IMG/VR virus record: IMGVR_UViG_3300010361_000033
Coordinates: 1 to 28,208 of that record
Length of the DNA: 28,208 nt
Strand: one strand, 5' to 3'
Source: a virus
Taxonomy: Duplodnaviria > Caudoviricetes
Part shown: piece after piece, positions 24,946-28,208 of the stretch
Numbering within the stretch: position 1 is the stretch's first letter
How the letters are laid out: every line of letters starts with the position of its first letter
Program-made: the position numbers and the translations under genes
Notes under the pieces: model-generated
Database searches by the model: none
The model's input: the letters and a program-made list of their open reading frames with translations, nothing else
What the model was told of the DNA's origin: nothing

Positions 24946-26480
24946 AGCTGACTGCGGTCAATCGGCCAGGCCTGGATGGCGAAGTCGAAGATGCGCAGGA
25001 CAGTGGTCGGCGCCGTCTGTTGAATCTGGAAGGCGATCCCGTAGGGCACCTGATTGATCGGCAGCCGGAAGCGCGAATACTTCGTGGTCGAGGGCACGCC
25101 GCCCATCGCGACGTAGGTCGGGTCTTGCGGCGAGCGGATGTAACCGATCGAGAGCACGTTGGCAGCCGGATCGACCGCCGCGGGCGCCGAGTTCGGACCG
25201 CTCGGAGCAGCTTCGAGCGGGACGGCGAGCAGACCGCCGTGCGCGGCCGAGACGCGCGCGTCGTAGGAGAAGTAGCCGAAGCGCATCCGCTTACGACCCT
25301 CGGGCCCGAGCCGATACCAGGGCGTCTGGATGTAGGGCATTACCGCCGTGCCGTCGCCGTCCGCGATCGACTCACCTGAGAGGTTCGGCGCGAAGCAGGC
25401 GCTCGTGCGCGCGAGCCGCTTCGTCCCGGTGATCCCGGCCCAGATGCGCTCCATCCCCGTCGAGCCGCCCGAGGAAATCTTCGAGATGGCGGCGATGTTC
25501 GAGAAGCGGAACCACTGCCGAGCGTTGAGGTCGCAGACCAGGGTGTCGGATGTCCCGTCTGACTGGACGACCGAAATCGTGTAGTAGTCGAGGAAGACGG
25601 CCGCCGAGAGTGACGTGTGATTCGCGTACAACGGACGCCAGTAGTAGGAGATGCCGCCCTGGATGACGAGGTTGCGCACGACGGCGCCGTCAGTGATGTG
25701 AACGCCGTGCTCGTCGGCGAAGATGACGTTCTCGTTCCAGTACGCGATCGAGCGCGCGTCGGGGCATCCGACACGGCGGAAGAGCGGTTCGAGCACAAGA
25801 TCGCCCGGATCGCCCGCCGCCGTGTTCGGTGCCGTCGTCCCTCTGAGGCGCTCGACCGAGGAGGCGTGGAAGATCAGCCCGATCGAGCGGAGCGCCGCGA
25901 GGCCTGTGATTGCGTTGTCGGTCTGTTGGTAGGAGTTCGAGTCCCAGGCGCCGGTCACCTTGGGACCCGGCGGCCCGAAGTAGATCGTGTCCTCGAAGGT
26001 CGGCTTGCCGGCGACGATCAGGTAGCTGCCCCAGACTGTCCCGTACTTCGAGGGCGGCGCCGAGGCGTCCATCGCGACCGGCCCACCTGTGGCGCCGACC
26101 AGCTGCGGGACGACCGCGGCCGAGCGGTCGAACCAGACCGTCTGGTCGAAGACCTGCACGGGGTTCTGAGGCCCGTGCGGGATCGCGCCGCGATCGGTGA
26201 CCGCGCCCGAGTTGAGGTCGATCTGGGAGAGCCGGCCGGCCGCGTCCTGTACGAGCAGCTGCTCGCCGCCGACGAGGAAGTTCGCGAGGATGCCGCTCTC
26301 GACGTCGCCGCCGAGCGGGTTCGAGGCCCAGACCCAGCCGCCGCGGCCGGTGAGGCTCGCGTCGATGATCTGGGGCACGAAGTCGCAGACGTCCCAGAGG
26401 TAGCCCTGCGGCATCGAGTCCCTCGCGAAGTCACGCGCGAAGGCTCGGGCTCCGCGGAGGAGGGAGACGGGCGCGGCCAC
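24942..26480 (-). CDS. Tail nozzle/hub protein (P22 gp10 / T7 gp12-like beta-propeller)
   Basis: 512 aa, beta-rich; ITGL, VGC...SI...VIF....GV and TPW motifs; follows the adaptor. Confidence 0.7.
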   Translation of the reverse strand: MAAPVSLLRGARAFARDFARDSMPQGYLWDVCDFVPQIIDASLTGRGGWVWASNPLGGDVESGILANFLVGGEQLLVQDAAGRLSQIDLNSGAVTDRGAIPHGPQNPVQVFDQTVWFDRSAAVVPQLVGATGGPVAMDASAPPSKYGTVWGSYLIVAGKPTFEDTIYFGPPGPKVTGAWDSNSYQQTDNAITGLAALRSIGLIFHASSVERLRGTTAPNTAAGDPGDLVLEPLFRRVGCPDARSIAYWNENVIFADEHGVHITDGAVVRNLVIQGGISYYWRPLYANHTSLSAAVFLDYYTISVVQSDGTSDTLVCDLNARQWFRFSNIAAISKISSGGSTGMERIWAGITGTKRLARTSACFAPNLSGESIADGDGTAVMPYIQTPWYRLGPEGRKRMRFGYFSYDARVSAAHGGLLAVPLEAAPSGPNSAPAAVDPAANVLSIGYIRSPQDPTYVAMGGVPSTTKYSRFRLPINQVPYGIAFQIQQTAPTTVLRIFDFAIQAWPIDRSQL

Positions 26481-27152
26481 TCAGCCTCCTACATAGGTGC
26501 CGCTGTAGCTGGTCCCTTGCATCCGCACGCGGCGCCGAACCGGGATCGACGTGCCGCGCTTATTGACGAGCATCCTGATCTGGCCAAGCCGACCGCCGCG
26601 ACCGTCTTGTCCCTCGTAGAGGATGCGGTAGCGCTCGCCCGACTGCGAGGAGTCATCGTCGGCGTAGTCGCCGCACTTCCACATCGCATAGAGGACGAGC
26701 GCGTCGTGGAACTCGTAGGGGATCGCGCCGAACTGCTCTTCGGCGGGGTCGTCGTCAGTGGCGCTCATCGCCGTCGGCTTGAGCACGGCCCAGACCTGGA
26801 CCTGCATCCCGTCCTCATCGGGCACCGGCACGATCTGGATGACGTCCGCGCGGATCAGCCGGAAGGCCGGATCGACGCAGGTGTTCTCGTTGCGCGCCGC
26901 GCGATAGCGCCGGCCAGCGGGGAGCGAGTTGTCGGAGTCCACGATCGAGAGGATGTTCTGATCGAGCGTGTAGGTATCGACGCCGTTGGTCGTCGTCAGC
27001 TGCACGCAGCGCACGACGACGCGCGTCCGGCTGAGCAGGTCGATGACGCCCTGGTTGAGCCACATCGAGACCATCGTGGACTCGTCGTAGGAGTCGATGT
27101 CCTGCAAGCCGAGCGCCGCGACGATGAAGTTGGTCATGTCGCCGAAGGTCAC
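26481..27152 (-). CDS. Head-tail adaptor protein, 223 aa
   Basis: GTG 27152 follows GGAGGAG; MTFGDM...WLNQG..DL and IPYEFHDALVLYA are typical of podovirus-type adaptors. Confidence 0.75.
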   Translation of the reverse strand: MTFGDMTNFIVAALGLQDIDSYDESTMVSMWLNQGVIDLLSRTRVVVRCVQLTTTNGVDTYTLDQNILSIVDSDNSLPAGRRYRAARNENTCVDPAFRLIRADVIQIVPVPDEDGMQVQVWAVLKPTAMSATDDDPAEEQFGAIPYEFHDALVLYAMWKCGDYADDDSSQSGERYRILYEGQDGRGGRLGQIRMLVNKRGTSIPVRRRVRMQGTSYSGTYVGG

Positions 27153-27364
27153 TTCTCCTCCTTGCTCGGGGGTAGCTCCAGGGTGTCCTCGGGCCAGGGC
27201 TCCGCGAACTCGTCGCCGCGCTCCACGAAGAAGCCGATGCGGAGATGGTGCTCGCGCAGCTTGCGCGTCATGGCGACGATCCCGAGAACGGTCAGCGCGA
27301 AGACGAGCACGATGATCGCGATGAGCGTCTCCCAGCCAATATCGAAGCGGACGTTCGCGATCAC
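27149..27364 (-). CDS. Single-TM membrane protein of the lysis cassette, 71 aa
   Basis: Hydrophobic TLIAIIVLVFALTVLGIVAM; GTGA overlaps. Confidence 0.7.
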   Translation of the reverse strand: MIANVRFDIGWETLIAIIVLVFALTVLGIVAMTRKLREHHLRIGFFVERGDEFAEPWPEDTLELPPSKEEK

Positions 27365-27543
27365 TCGGTCGATTCGCTCGGGTGGTTCTCGCGGTAGTTC
27401 TCCACGGCGAGCGTGCCGAGCACGCCGACACAGGCCGAGGCGATCGCGAACGGGCCGGCCGAGGAGTAGCCCGTCGCGGCGAGCACGCAGCCGGCGACGA
27501 TGCCGGCGAGCGCGATCACGCCGAGCAGGATCAGAAAGGTCAT
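27361..27543 (-). CDS. Holin-like two-TM protein, 60 aa
   Basis: Two hydrophobic helices and a charged tail; directly after the endolysin. Confidence 0.7.
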   Translation of the reverse strand: MTFLILLGVIALAGIVAGCVLAATGYSSAGPFAIASACVGVLGTLAVENYRENHPSESTE

Positions 27544-27560
27544 CTGCGTGGTCTGACCTC

Positions 27561-28208
27561 TCACTCGGCGACCCTCACGAAGACGACCGTGGACCCGCTC
27601 AGCGTCCGGTCGCGGCGCATTACCTCGCCGCCGTCGGAGTTGTTGCCGTTCGCCGTGTTGCCCTCGATGGATGAGAACGAGGTCGAGGAGCCCTGTTTCC
27701 AGGCCTCGAACAGGCCGACGTGATCGAACACGCCGTCGTAGTTCCAGTCGAAGCAGACAAGATCGCCGGCAATCGGGCTCGATGTGACCGAGAGCCCGTT
27801 GCGCTTGGCGCGAGCGTCGTTGACGATGTAGGGGACGTAGGCGTAGTTCTTGCCCTTGACGAAGCTCGGCGAGTCGCCGACCTGCTCGAAGGACCAGGTG
27901 ACGAACATCGCGCACCACGGCCCGGTCATCCCGTACCACTTCGTATAGGGCGTGATGTTCGAGTTGGGTGGCGACTCCTTGATCCCGATTTGCGTGATCG
28001 CCTTCTGGAGCGCCTTCGAGCGCAGGCTCGACGTGGGCGGCGGCGGGGGCTCCTTGCCGCCGAACTCGTCCCAGGCGTTGACGAGGAGGCTCTGGGCGTA
28101 GGCGTCCATCGCGTACTCGCCCGGCTTGCCCGGTCCAGGGCAGCCGTCGGGGATGCGCACCGAGCGCATGAAGTTGAAGGTCTTTTCCCCGATCCAGCCG
28201 GTGTCATC
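27561..28208 (-). CDS. Endolysin, CHAP domain (5' end outside the window)
   Basis: WYG..GPWCAMFV, GDLV.FDW, DHVG and IEGNT; frame open to the window edge, where TGWIGEKT resembles the end of a PG-binding domain. Confidence 0.9.
   Translation of the reverse strand, partial: DDTGWIGEKTFNFMRSVRIPDGCPGPGKPGEYAMDAYAQSLLVNAWDEFGGKEPPPPPTSSLRSKALQKAITQIGIKESPPNSNITPYTKWYGMTGPWCAMFVTWSFEQVGDSPSFVKGKNYAYVPYIVNDARAKRNGLSVTSSPIAGDLVCFDWNYDGVFDHVGLFEAWKQGSSTSFSSIEGNTANGNNSDGGEVMRRDRTLSGSTVVFVRVAE

Larger units (their letters stand above)
1..28208. mobile_element. Temperate phage genome segment, podovirus-like virion module, non-integrated form
   Basis: Integrase, xis, attP with arm repeats on both sides, recombination nucleases, lysis genes and tail genes are present; no host housekeeping genes. 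Confidence 0.95.

Overview
This window is about 28 kb of a high-GC temperate phage genome with an intact attP, so it is the excised or virion form. The attP core is the 3' half of a tRNA-Gly(GCC), and its sequence style suggests an actinobacterial host, probably Thermoleophilia (inference). Left to right it contains: (1) an early cluster of small + strand genes (422-4073), with a repeated structured leader (GC hairpins, a (TCAC)n tract, then a GAAAGG ribosome-binding site) before five of them; (2) a divergent regulatory region with a Zn-ribbon/HTH gene leftward and an XRE HTH gene rightward; (3) a recombination/replication operon with an SSB-like protein, Cas4/RecB-like exonuclease, HNH nuclease and Holliday junction resolvase, ending in xis, a tyrosine integrase and attP; (4) nine small minus-strand accessory genes; (5) a minus-strand late operon of podovirus type with CHAP endolysin, holin-like proteins, adaptor, nozzle, tail-collar protein and four putative ejection proteins. 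The most notable observation is that the 3' UTR of the late operon (16323-16402, minus strand) folds as UUCG hairpin, 12-nt single-stranded UGAGUGAGUGAC, UUCG terminator. That 12-mer is complementary to the TCAC tract next to the ribosome-binding site of five early genes (12/12 in three of them), suggesting an undescribed multi-target sRNA switch. All protein calls come from motif recognition by eye; no database searches were run.
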